A stretch of 57,439 nt of DNA, the filler included, from Dugesia japonica (taxonomy: Eukaryota): the NCBI GenBank assembly GCA_001938525.1. It is 5 parts of 5 records of this genome, joined end to end, with 100 filler letters (N's around TTAATTAATTAA, not from the genome) between each part and the next. Parts side by side here need not be neighbours in the genome. Positions count along the whole stretch, not along the records: positions 12,632 to 26,552 come from MQRL01589748.1; positions 26,653 to 36,149 come from MQRL01302998.1; positions 36,250 to 48,563 come from MQRL01607701.1; 2 more parts are not named here. One strand, given 5' to 3'. The notes under the pieces are model-generated. The model ran no database searches. It saw only the letters and a list, made by a program, of their open reading frames with translations, and was not told the origin of the DNA. The translations under genes and the position numbers were made by a program. Position 1 is the stretch's first letter, and every line of letters begins with the position of its first letter. This document shows positions 26,273 through 39,200 of the stretch, in pieces.

Positions 26273-26552
26273 ATTTTGATAATGTTTTGAATAGAAAGTT
26301 TTGGTAAACTTGAGTTGACTTGTCATTACGGTATATTAAACGGTAAAATTGGTATCAGCGATTCGGTGATATGTATGTCACTGCAATTTTTATGGTCTGT
26401 AGAGACAGTATGTAATTGAGTTAACAAATTTGTTTTTGCGACTGCCGGAGTAGTGTGTTTAGAACTTTGGAAGAAAATTTAACAAAATACCCAAGTATTA
26501 CAATTAAACCCACCAATCCCGGATAGATCAACTTAAAAAAAGGGTATAAAAG

Positions 26553-26652
26553 NNNNNNNNNNNNNNNNNNNNNNNNNNNNNNNNNNNNNNNNNNNNTTAA
26601 TTAATTAANNNNNNNNNNNNNNNNNNNNNNNNNNNNNNNNNNNNNNNNNNNN
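26553..26652. other. Artificial scaffold-joining spacer
   Basis: 44 N + TTAATTAATTAA + 44 N. Confidence 0.97.
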
Positions 26653-26859
26653 TTATATGATTATATATAATTTATATTACAAATAATATAGAATATGAGC
26701 AACAATATCATTTGAACTCCATATGAGGATACAAATATTTATTTAAATCAAAGAGAAATACAAGCGCAAATGCATTACTTCCATTTTGACTACAGCGTCT
26801 CAGGGTACTCAAAACAAAACACAATGTCAAAAAATTATAATGATCACAGAATATTGGAA

Positions 26860-28111
26860 TCAATATCATCAATTAATTCATTGTTTATTGAATTTTCATC
26901 GAATGTTGATTTGAAAACATTATTTGCAATAATAACTTGATCGATCTCTAAATAATCATTATCCACCTGAAATCGCAATAATTCTCAGTCTATCGAAATT
27001 TCTTCATCTTCCATTGGCTTTTCATGTGGATAAGCGTCATTAAGCTTCTCTTCTATAAGATGTTGATTGACATCCATCAGTTGAATATAACTCGGAGCTC
27101 TATCCACATGAGTAAAAGTATTGTAGGATATCCATGTTAAATTGCTCCATTGGATATTGTAAGTAACCATAACTCTTTTCAAAACGCAGACTTTGGATTA
27201 GAGAATTTTCATATTTCTGAGTATATTGACATTAGCAAATCTCCAAAAACGAGATATTCGACTTCAAATGTGTTTAGGATAATTTTTTAATTTGGAAATA
27301 GGTTTTGAGGTTCATTTTTAAAACTCTTATATTGGGATACATTGGCTTTGTGAGAGTCTTCCGTGTTATCAAGATTATCATAATGAGTTTTGACATCCAA
27401 AAGCTGGAGTTATCTGTTCTCTTGGATCTGAGTAGTCTATTTTTGCGAACTCTAAAAGTTTTCCAAATCGGACTAAAGATTTCAATAACAAAAAAATAAA
27501 AGATTTACAATTGTATTACGTCAGCCAATGACATATGTAATATGAATTAGCCAGGCACAGTCCCAGAATGTGATACTTAAATTCAATGTCATCATTTCTT
27601 TTCTGCAATGCTTTTTATCCTTCAAGTTGTGGAGATTACTATTAACTGGTAATGTATTATTCCTTACTTGATGAATAAAAATCCAGTCTAAAATTACTAG
27701 ATTTTCATTATGAACAACTTTTGTAGAGACTTTGTCCCTGGCAAGAGTGGAAGCTAAAACACTATCACGACATCATTCACTCTATTTAAGAAATTGAGTA
27801 AAGGGATACAATCGATTTAATTGATGAGAAATATCCTTCTTATCATTCTTATGAGATATAATAGACTCAAGCTTGGCATCAAATTTATAGACAATATTCA
27901 TTTTCATTATGCTTGAAAAGGATGGAAAGTCCACAGTGTTTNGCAAGATGTCTAACACTTTTTTCCATTCCAGATTGATGTAAATATATGGTATATCTTG
28001 AATTTTGAGATCGTTTTTGGCCACTCTAGAGAGACTGTGAGATGCAATCTCAATAGCATCACTATGCATGAATGATAGCTTGAATAGCATATTCATCTTT
28101 ATAACGTTCAT
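26860..28111 (-). pseudogene. Decayed intronless coding region of unknown identity
   Basis: Coding-like composition over ~1.2 kb with ORF pieces 27782-28111 and 26985-27182 and an acidic C-terminus. No motif recognised. Confidence 0.35.
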
Positions 28112-29025
28112 CTTAATTTTAACCGGTTAAGATACACAGTAAAACCTCCATATAAGGTGTACTATAAAATCCTTGCAAAAATGACAATTTCATGCGCTAT
28201 GTAAATTGATGCGTGTAAGTTTTTTATGCTTCAAAGAACATTTAAATCTATATACTGTGTAAAAATTGTTACGCGATAAAGATGCATGTGTATTATTCAT
28301 GCAAAAGCGAAGTATCTTACATGCAAATGGCAATCAAATGCATCTATCCTTAAGAGATAAGAAAAATAGATAGAGGTGTGATAAAACTGAATGGAGGAAC
28401 CAAATTCAGCTAGTGTCATTCACATGGCTACAAGGAATGTATGTACGTATAAGAGAAATTGTATTATCCATTTACACTTGATGTTATGAATTGGGAAGTA
28501 TTAAATTCTGTGAAAGGGAGTTGCATATTTCAATTTTCACAGTAGTGGAATATAACTATTTACGTGAAGTGTGTGTTTATTAATAGTGTTTATTAATAAA
28601 TTTTATTATATTAAAATTATGTTAAATCAAAAATATGAAAATTGTTCGAGGAAACTGAAATAGAGCCGATTGCAATGTATTTTGTTAAAAAAAATAATAT
28701 TCCAATAATAATCTCGGGATCCCGTTCTCGCATTGCGAACACAAGTTGAAGTTATTGATTCTCAAATTTATAATATTCATTATGAATAATAATTGTCTTT
28801 AAAACAAAAAAAATTAATTATTTTTCAAATAGATTCATTCGGCAAGCCACTATAAGTTTTTTTTATTATTATAAGTAAAAAATAATTAATAATATCATTT
28901 GTAAATGCATTTTTTAAACCTTTTACTGCCTCAATACTGTAATACTACAAAAGAAGAAAACGATTTTTAGATTTAGTAGATAAATAGTAGGGCAGCAATT
29001 TACAGAATTTATAATTATATATTTA

Positions 29026-29167
29026 CAGTCGAACCTCTCTATAACTTCACTTTGTTAAACCCAAAATGAATTTTCCAATTAAAATTTACGTCTCTATAAA
29101 GTCAAACCTACTTTTAACGTCACTGAGTTCCAGTCTCGATGGGTGACGTTATAGGGAGGTTCGACTG
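29026..29167. mobile_element. 142-bp MITE of the Tc1/mariner superfamily (pogo/Tigger-like)
   Basis: 25-bp TIRs CAGTCGAACCTCTCTATAACTTCAC / GTGACGTTATAGGGAGGTTCGACTG (2 mismatches) and TA target-site duplication on both sides. Confidence 0.92.
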
Positions 29168-29779
29168 TATATAGTTTGGGAAAGTATTTTCATGTAACAT
29201 TCAATTTTGATTTAAATCTCATTCTGTAAAATCAATATTTGATATTTAACAATAATAACTAATTTAAAAAGTTTAATAAAAATTAGTTTCATTTTCATAT
29301 GAAAATTCTATTTTTCTTTTGATGAATTTTGACTTATTTCATTTTAATTAATTGATTTTATAGCTTTTTTGATAATCATAAAATTCTGTTTGAAACTGGC
29401 ATTTTTATTTTGGAGTTTCTTTTGCATATTATTAAATCGTAATTTTGCTTACAGAGCTGTCACCTCAGTCATTACAAATCCTGTAAAAAAAACAATGAAA
29501 ATAAATTGACTTTTTTTCATTTAGATTTAGTGTTCGCCCATTTTAATTTTCAATTCTGTCTAGAATAACAAAAAGTGTCTAATTTATTCATTCCTATACA
29601 TAGACACATTTTTTCCAAGGAAATAATATCTACATATTGTGATAAATGTTTCTTTAAATTGACAATTTTCTTAAACTCGTTTTAAACAACAAATAATTAT
29701 TATTTTTCAAAAAATTATTTAACTAGCAAAGATCAAATTTGCTGTTCTTTTATTTTTCAACTGTTGTTCAGTAAATTCT

Positions 29780-30720
29780 TATTACAAACTTTGACATAAA
29801 AACAGATTTTAAATCTCCACTTCTACATATATTTTATCCCGCAATGTTCATTCTAATATTATTTGCACATTTTAACACGTCATTAGTTCCTATCAGTTCC
29901 ATATTTGTCAGACTTCTAAACATATTTATGCTCATCACGTTTATCTTTGCACCTGGATTCAAAGGGCAGTTCATATATCTTCTTAGAATTCTAAATTCCA
30001 CAGTGGGCCTACCTTGCATTCTTTCATAATTTATTTGTACTTGTTCATTCTCTTCTAATACCATTATTTTATTATCATCATTTCTCGTTTCTTCCATTAT
30101 CTTGATATCTGTATTATACATATTTCTATAATCTTTCTTTAAAAATAATCTGTTAAAAACACATACTTTTCTGTCTACTTTTCCCTCTTTACTTTCATCT
30201 TTTATACTATTAATTAAACTACTTTTACTGCACATATGTATTTCGCAATCTGGATTGTTTTTCAGTTCATTGCTCCAATCATCTCAACTTTGGATGGATT
30301 TGGCCTGTTTGGGGTCTCTTCTCAATAGCTGTTTGTCTCCTCATCGCAATGGTAAATATTATCTCCTCTTGTTATGTACTCATCCTCTTCTATCATTGAA
30401 TTTACATATCCATTACCAACTCTTTTCCTAAATTCATTATTGGCTGATGTCCTCCAACCTTTGTTTTGGGAATCTGTTATTATCGTCATATCTTCTCTTT
30501 GTTTTCTATCTTTGGCTATATAGTGCTGCTTCATTTCTTTTTTCGTTATTCTGCTGTTTTCTATCGTTAGTTTACATGCTTCTTTTCTACAAATTAGTAT
30601 AACATTGTTCTGTATTATGTCCATTTTTTCGACATTTTGAATATCTAATTTTGTCACAATTTATTCTTATATCATTCTCTAATCCGCATGCATAACACTT
30701 TCTTTTCTTTTCCGGACCAC
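29780..30720 (-). mobile_element. Gypsy gag-protease remnant
   Basis: CPLNPGAKINVMS..LKCANN..IAG aligns by eye with CLLDTGAQINVIS..CCANN..IVG of the element at 1062-4729 (catalytic Asp lost). Confidence 0.75.
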
Positions 30721-31221
30721 TTCTGCTGATATGACTTATCTTCTGATATGACCAACATTAATTTTCTAAATTTTAGATGTTAAAAATAATATTTTATTTT
30801 ATACGTAATAAAGTAAATGATAGTAGTTGTGTTGACATCAAGGTAGTATACCTTCCTTTCCCTTTTGCTTGCTTAAGGTTTCGAAATAAAACAGAAACAA
30901 ATACCACCCTATTGAAACAAATCCTACCCCCAACATAAATAATTAGGTCAAAAAATTATAGATATTTTCTTTTGTTCTATCAATTCAATGTCATGTTTAT
31001 GTGATTTTAATCTATAATTTGTTCCATGAATTATTTCTTTAGTATTATTTAAAACCTTATCAAATTCTTTCATTCTTATTTCATTAAACTTAGAAATACC
31101 TTTATGTCTTGTATTTAATTTTGTGATTGGATTGGTGTTTTGATTTTGAGTTTCACGATTTTGGCTATCAATATATTCATATGCACAACCTTTTGATTTT
31201 TAAAAACCCCTTTGGTTATTT

Positions 31222-31790
31222 AGTAGATAGGTACTGGCGCACTGAAACAACACACATTTGGTAAACCCCCTCCGTGACGTAATCAAATTTAATCCTAATG
31301 CAGTTAGTTAGCAATTTAAAAATTGCATCATAAATTGCATCATAAATGGCATCATTAGGTAACTATTACGTTACTGTTTTTAAATTTCCCTATGTATTTA
31401 GTTGGGAAAAGAATTTGCACACAAATTATGTCATTAGATTAATTTCATAGGCTTTTTAGTTGACAATTTGTCAATTTGGTTCAGTTTTGGACAATTATTT
31501 ACTCGGTATAGACAAACTTGGTTAATTATTTGCTTACAAGGGTCATTTTTGGTGAATTCGTTCAATTATTTCATCAGGAATGGTTAATTTGGGTAAGTTT
31601 TGGTTAATTTTGTCAATTATTTACCTGGTTTAGGTCATATTGGTAGAATATTTATCACATTAGCCTGTTTTGGTCAGTTTTGGACGATCTGGTTAATTAT
31701 TTCCTTTCAAAGGTTAGTTTTAGGTGAATTTCAGAGATAATTTCCTCCGGATTGGTCAGTTTGAGTTGAGGTTTACAGAAATTCATGGGA
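31222..31790 (+). mobile_element. Polinton-like terminus with subterminal repeats
   Basis: AGTAGATAGGTACTGGCGCACTGAAACAAC matches 33782 at 23/30 positions. Followed by (AAATTGCATCAT)x3 and a degenerate GGTCAGTTTTGG..AATTATTT minisatellite (~31460-31780). Confidence 0.5.
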
Positions 31791-32819
31791 AAATGTTGAA
31801 TTTGTTTAAAATTCCTAGTTTGTTAAAAAAGGTTTTATGGAAATGTTTTATAGGAACCCGGGCAAACCGTTCATTTGTTTAAATAATATGAAAATTTAAA
31901 ACTTTTTAAATGAAATTTTTATGAGAGTCTAGGTGAACAGTCTAAATCTTTGAAAAAATATGTTCTATATCTCAGATTTCAAAGATTTTTATACCAAACA
32001 GCCGAGAATTTAACGGCGATTATTTCTCACAAATAAAAAGTTTTTAAAAACATTTGCCTTCTCAAATAGTTTAAGAAAGTATCTATTTGATAGAGACTTT
32101 TCGCTGATTACAAATATGTTAACCTAAAATCGTTTAAGTTAATACTCGATGAAATAAATGTGGTTTGTTGTAAAAACATCTCAAATTTTGAATTTTCGTA
32201 CTCAATTTTCTCTATGTACATAACTCGTATGGTTTCAAATTTGGTATTACTTTACTCAGGAGGAAAAATTAACTGTTAAATATAACTTTAAAATATCGTG
32301 TTGGGAAAAATGCTTTCAAATGAATATGTACAGCCGTTCTCCCGGATTTTGGTAAAATCTTTAGAAAATATCAAAGTACCTCACAATTTATCGACATTAA
32401 TACTATTGGATATAAAATTTTACGATGAGTACGAATAACGCAGTTTAAAATCACCAAAACTTATAGATAAAAAGTTATATTGAAAAAACAAGTACTTAAT
32501 TTGGTAGTCATCAAGGATCATAAAAATACGATAATTGATTTAGTTCGTTAGTTTGGGGCAGTTTCTTAGATGAATTTCGATGAAATTTTACTTTTCACCT
32601 GTCCTTAGTTATAAGAACTCTGTGCAAAAGTGCTCAGATCTCAGAACTCTGCACTCTGTACACAAGATTTCAGTTATCAGTGCTCTGCTTACAGTAAACT
32701 TATTTTTAATTATCAATAGTTTTCTCACTATTTGCAAGTCTTTACTCTTGACTACTTTAAAATGTACTATTTCATTAGTATTTAACTAATTAATTTGATC
32801 TATATTTTAAATTGTTATA

Positions 32820-33781
32820 GGCAAAATTCTTTACAAAAATAAATTTATGTCATCAAAATTTGATCTTGGATATACGAAACTGATGCAACATCACATTGAA
32901 ATGACAGGACCTCCAATAATGATAAACCCGAGAAGATGGCCAATACACTTGGAAAATAAAATAGATGAATTGTTAGAAAATCTTAGAAAATCAAATATTA
33001 TAAGAAGTTGCAGAAGTCCATGGAACTCCCCATTGGTAATTGTACCAAAGAAAGATGGGACGATAAGAATGTGTCTTGATTTTAGAAAATTGAATTCAAT
33101 TACAGAAAAGTATTTGTTTCCAGCTTGAAGGATCAGTCTTATTTTCTTCTTTAGATTTAGGGCAAGCATATTATCAAATTGAAGTAAGCGAAGAATCAAA
33201 GCTAAAGACGGCCTTTAGTACAAAGATAGGTCAATTTTGATTTAATCGAATGCCCTTCAGATTATGTACAGCAACATTTCAAAGATTGATGCATAAAATA
33301 TTTGAAGGAATGTTGTACAAAGGAGTATTAGTAAATCTAGATGATATTTTAATATATGGTTAGACTAAAGAGAAACACGACAAACGAGTTGGTAAGGTTT
33401 TTCAGTTCCTAAAAGATGCGGGTTTTAAAATAAATCCAAGTAAATGTGTGTTCCATTCCAAGAAGCTGAATTTTTTATTACATACAATTAACGCTAAAGG
33501 TGTAGAGACAAATGATGAAACCATCAAAATAATTCGAGAAGCCGTTACTCAAAATGCGCCACTCAAATACTAGCGTTATAGGATTAACAAATTATTACAG
33601 ACGTTTTTAAAACGATTATGCTTTACTTGCAGCACTATTGTATGCAGCGACGACAGGACAAAAAAATAACATTGAATGGACAAAATTATGTGAGGATAGT
33701 TTTCAATCTTTGAAGATAAAATTGTGTAGTGCTCCGATTTTGACTTTCCCAAATAATAAGGGCGAAATGATATTGGATACT
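32820..33781 (+). mobile_element. Gypsy pol fragment (RT and start of RNase H)
   Basis: SPWNSPLVIVPKKDGTIRMCLDFRKLN, KTAFST, RMPF, NLDDIL, APILTFP..MILDT. Interrupted at 33782. Confidence 0.93.
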
Positions 33782-35914
33782 AGTAGATTAATAGTGGCTC
33801 AGGGAAACAACTGCCCCCCAGGGAAAATTCTTTTTGAATTTTTTTTGTAGGGAGAAGGGGGATTTTTTCTTTTAATAATTGGAACTTTTAGTTTTAATTA
33901 ATAGTGGAATTTTGAATTATTTGTTTTAATTAATAGCGGAATTTTGTGAGTAATTCAAATTTTACTTTTTTTTGGGCAGAATCTTTATTTTGCATGATAT
34001 GGGAGAGTCTCTAGAATGACGGAGACTCTAAGATAGGGTAGACTCTAAAATGGAGGAATCACTATATTTTTCATGGTATAGGAAGTCTCTAGGGTCGAGG
34101 AGACTCTAAGATTGGGAAGTCTCTATATTTAGCATGGGGAATTTCTATATTTAGCATGATATGGGGTAGACATGATATTTTGCAAGGGATGGCAGTCACT
34201 ATATTTAGCATGGAATGGGGCTATCTTGATATTTTTCATGGGACAGTCTCTATACTTAGCATATAGTTGGGATGTCTTGATATTTTGTATGGTATAGGGT
34301 AGTCTTGATATTTTGCATGGGACAGTCTAAATACATATGCTCAAAAGTATTTAATTTAGGATATTTCAATTATCAAATATATCTATCAAAAAACTTCAAA
34401 GAGGAGTCTTTGTGATATATGCAGGAATAAATATTCAAAGTAAAAAGTTTCTTTACAAAATTATAAAAAACATAGAACGTTTTTCAAAAAAATAGCTAGG
34501 TAATTTTCTAGAAAACAAAATATTACTATTGACAATTTTCTATAAAAAACATATTAGTTCAGAACATTTCTTAGAACAAAATGATAAAAAAACATANNNN
34601 NNNNNNNNNNNNNNNNNNNNNNNNNNNNAACCTTTCCATATATAACTAATAAGTCTATATAAAAAAACTTGTAAGAAAATATTTTTATGAATGTAGAGTT
34701 TATTAGTATATTATTTGCATAGTTATCTTGTATTATATGGTTTATGAGTAAATTATTTACATAATTACCTTGTATTATTTGCATAGCAACCATGTATTAT
34801 AAGATTTATGAGTATATTATTTACATAACAACCATGTATTATAGGGTTTAGGAGTACATTATTTATATACCAGCCCTATATTTCAGGTTTTATGAGTATA
34901 NNNNNNNNNNNNNNNNNNNNNNNTATTTACATAGCAACCCTGTATTATTAGTTTTATGAGTATATTATTTACATATTAACCATGTAATATAAGGTCATCA
35001 TGCACAATGCATGCTCGCGTCATTTTCATGTCAATTTTAGATAACAAATAAGTAATAAGTCTATATAAAAACTTATAAAAAAATATTTTAATGATTTTAT
35101 ATGGTTAATGAGTGTATTATTTGACATGCATTGTGCATGATGACCTTATATTACATGCAAATAATACAAGGTAATTATGTAAATAATTTACTCATAAACC
35201 ATATAATACAAGATAACTTTACAAATAATATACTAATAAATCCTATACATTCATAAAAATATTTTCTTATAAGCTTTTTTATATAGACTTATTAGTTATA
35301 TATGGAAAGGTTCCATAAATTTATGATTTTTATGATAAAAATTCTGTTTTTTATCCTTTTGTTCTAAGAAATGTTCTGAACTAATATGTTTTAAAGAGAA
35401 AAATTGCATGACTAATATGTTTTGATGAAATATTTTAACACTAATAAAATGTTTTATTAACAATTGCAACACTAATGAGATCTTTTATAGAAAATTGTCA
35501 ATTGTAATATGTTTTTTATAGAAAATTACCTAGCTAATATGTTTTTTGAAAAATGTTCTGTTTTTTATCATTTTGTAAAGAAACGTTTTAATTTGAATAT
35601 TTATTCATGTATATATCACAAAGACTCCTCTCTTTGAAGTTTGTTGACAGATATATTTGATAATAGAAATATCTTAAAGACTTCCCTCTTTGAAGATTTT
35701 ATCTTGTTAATTAATTTTACTTTAATTTTAGACTACCCGATATCTTGCAATAATATCAAAAAATGTCAAGATTACTCAATATCCTACATAGATACAAAGA
35801 ATTCAATGTTTTAATAATAAATGCAATAGGCATGCAAATGGGTTGCAATAGTTGTACAACACAGCTGCAACACACATTCACTCTAAAAATGAATTTTTTT
35901 TTGTTAAATTTCTC
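33782..35914. mobile_element. Non-autonomous foldback element with a Polinton-like left terminus, inserted into Gypsy RNase H
   Basis: Starts AGTAGATTAATAGTGGCTCAGGG. Carries the same two minisatellites as 250-6320. Arms ~34300-35013 and ~35125-35790 are inverted copies. Confidence 0.65.
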
Positions 35915-36149
35915 TTAGATGAAAAAGGAAACGAAAGAGTTATTGCTTATGGATTACATGAGATGAGTTCACACGAAAGAGGTTATTGTATTACAAGAAA
36001 ATAATTGTTAGCTATTTATTATTTCACTCAACACTTCAATCATTATTTGTATAGTAAACAATTTATTCTTCGAAAAGATCATAAGGCTATTACTTTTATG
36101 TTATCTACAAAAAAACCGATTACTTCACAATTCCAGACATGGATAAACT
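35915..36149 (+). mobile_element. Gypsy RNase H continuation
   Basis: DEKGNERVIAYG..HERGYCITRK.LLAIYYFTQHFNHYLY..RKDHKAITF. Confidence 0.9.
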
Positions 36150-36249
36150 NNNNNNNNNNNNNNNNNNNNNNNNNNNNNNNNNNNNNNNNNNNNTTAATTA
36201 ATTAANNNNNNNNNNNNNNNNNNNNNNNNNNNNNNNNNNNNNNNNNNNN
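36150..36249. other. Artificial scaffold-joining spacer
   Basis: 44 N + TTAATTAATTAA + 44 N. Confidence 0.97.
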
Positions 36250-39200
36250 GATATTGATTTTTTACAAGTGTTTTAATCGTTTCTTTTATTTGTTTATCCA
36301 ATTTTATAAAAATTACAAATCAATGGCGAGTATATAATTTGTAAATAGAAATTGACAAAATTCTAATTTGAAATTCAGCTAATGATTTAATACGTCACAA
36401 GTTACTGCTTTATTGATTCAATCATGAATTATTTGAAGTGTGTTAAAATTATCAAAATTAATCATATTTATACTTTTTTTCTGTATGCAGTTACGGTATA
36501 ATTTTTGCATAAAGAAAATTTCACAATTTTTTTAGTTGGGATCTACTTATTACAAAAAAAATATTCATTGTCTGCTAATAATGCAGAGGATATTAAATTT
36601 TTGTTATTTAATTCTTATGACAATATAAGTTTANNNNNNNNNNNNNNNNNNNNNNNNNNNNNNNNNNNNNNNNNNNNNNNAGTTAATTTTTTTTAATGAG
36701 ATCGTATGTCCAATTTTTAATGTTCATGTTAGAGAATACAGATTCAGCCAAATCAATTCTTTGATTTTAGTTCTACCTGTTTGGTTCTGCCTATAACTGG
36801 AATTTTCGTTATTTTTAAACTACTATTTAAATTGAAAAGCTTTATCATTGACGAAATGATTTGGTGATTTAATCCGATATCATTAGTGATCTTTAAAGTT
36901 CAAAATGATAAATCTATATTGAATGTTTAAATAATTTGATTTTTATTGATTATCCTACATTGGTGAAGAAACTTCAATTGACATTTTTAAAAACTATTAA
37001 ATTATTTAAAGAAATAAAGTCGAGATGTTATTAAATTATATGGAGATTTCATTAAATTAGGTGAAAAACTCTTTAATAAATAAATAAGTGATAATTAAAT
37101 TATAATCAGTTATTTTTGATATGGCTGCATTTTAAATATATATTCATTCTGATAATAATCTATGGATTAAACTAATTTAAACAAAATAATAAGGAATTAC
37201 CTACAAATATATAATTGTTTCAGTTGTTTCAGATTTGTTGATATCTATATTAAAAAGTAACATGGTTTAAATCAATGATTGTGATTTATTGTAACTATAT
37301 TCTAGTATTATTTTGCAGTAATTTTAATTTTTTTNNNNNNNNNNNNNNNNNNNNNNNNNNNNNNNNNNNNNNNNNNNNNNNNNNNNNNNNNNNNNAAAAC
37401 AAATTTTATTAAATACAAACTGATTTATAAAAAAAATCATGTTGGTAGTACTAAGTAAAATTAAATAAAATTAAAATTAATTATCCAAAATAAATTAAAA
37501 TGTAAGTTAGAATTAGAAAATAAGTGAAAATTAAATTTTAATTATTACCTGAAATGAAATATGTTTTGGTGTGCTTTGGCCATCGTCAGAGCAACAGCAT
37601 TAGTTGCTGACACGGAATAATTAATTAAAATGGAAAAAAATCAATTATCCAAACATTAAATTAAAGAAATGATATAATTAAAATAATAATAATAATAATA
37701 ATAATAATCGACGGATTTTACTAAGTTTTGATTACAGAAGTTCAAGTGAAAACGTACTTAACTGGTTAAAGTGAAAATAAATACAAATAAATAATTAAAA
37801 ATCATTCATAAATGCCTTATTTGTGTGATGATAAGTTTATTTATTCATAAATATCACTGATAAATTTTATTTATTTTTATCGTTTGATTTAATTCTATCA
37901 ACAATCGAATGAAATTATCACCCATGTTCATCTAAAACTTTAAATCATCTTATACGTATTTTGAATTCATTAACATTACAGCATTGTTTATTTACATAAA
38001 CAATTTCTAATAACTAAAATCGCACTTCAAATATTAAAATATTAAACTGTAATTTACTAGTCATCTAAATCACTAAGAAAAGCAATATTGGGTAATATAA
38101 ACGATTGTTATATCAAAGTAGGTTCTAAAAATATTTTCACCTGATGCGGAGGAATAATTTGCGCCCGTGTTTTAAATGTAATTTCTATAACAAATATGGA
38201 TATTTTAAAATTTCAAATAATAATTTTATATTAATCCATTTCAATAAGAATATCAACAAAAAAGTTTTAAAATTTTACGTACCAACCATTAGCACACTGC
38301 ATTATTTAGATCACATAAAATTTGATTATGCACAATCATTATCGCGATTGATCGTGATGCCNTCTCAAACTTTTTTCGAGGTAAATGCAAATGTAATAAC
38401 TGTTTTAAATGTAAGATATTTATAAGTATTATTGATATTACTATTCATTATAAGCTTATTTTTGGATCGAAGCGACGTGATTATTTCGTTTTTATTTTTA
38501 TCAATGGGGTTTTATTGGAAACACCACCTAGTTTACCGATTATTCACCCGAGCCAAGTGTTTTATCCGCCTTACTTTTGTTCAGGCGAATAAAATATATT
38601 TAATGTAATAAAAACTTGGTCTTTCAATTTNTTGTGGATTATATATATTATTTGTTAGGCTTGTGTAAGTGTTTTATGTAAAAATATAAAATCAAATTGC
38701 AAAATAACGGTTACTACTAATATTGAATAAACTAAATTTACAAACAATGGAAACGATTTATTACGTTGTAATTCTTAAAACTAATTTATTAAGTTCTTGC
38801 AGCACATTAAATGCATAATGATATTTNNNNNNNNNNNNNNNNNNNNNNNNNNNNNNNNNNNNNNNNNNNNNNNNNNGAACAGATAAAAGAAATAATTAGT
38901 TCGAACAAAATTAGACCAGTAAAAAATATTGGGTAGGAATAAAAACGAAAGAATTATTAAGCAGCGAGTGGGACTAAAAAGATGTAATCCTTCTTATCTT
39001 TTTTAGCATTCTTACCAATTATAATATATGTTCTTAGTGGAATGGGAAGAAAAGTTGCAACTGTAAAAAATGCAAGAGAAGCACTAAAGAATAAATACAA
39101 CTAATACAATAGAAACTAGATAGGATGAAATACAATTATTAAATGATATTATCAACACTTGTTCTCATTTATTATTGATCAGTATATGGTATGAAGTTAA

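Noticed and set aside
36700-37620. Two possible minus-strand exons (MAKAHQNIFHF.. and QNQTGRTK..)
   Set aside because: Joining them gives only a ~33-aa peptide with no recognisable motif; insufficient support.
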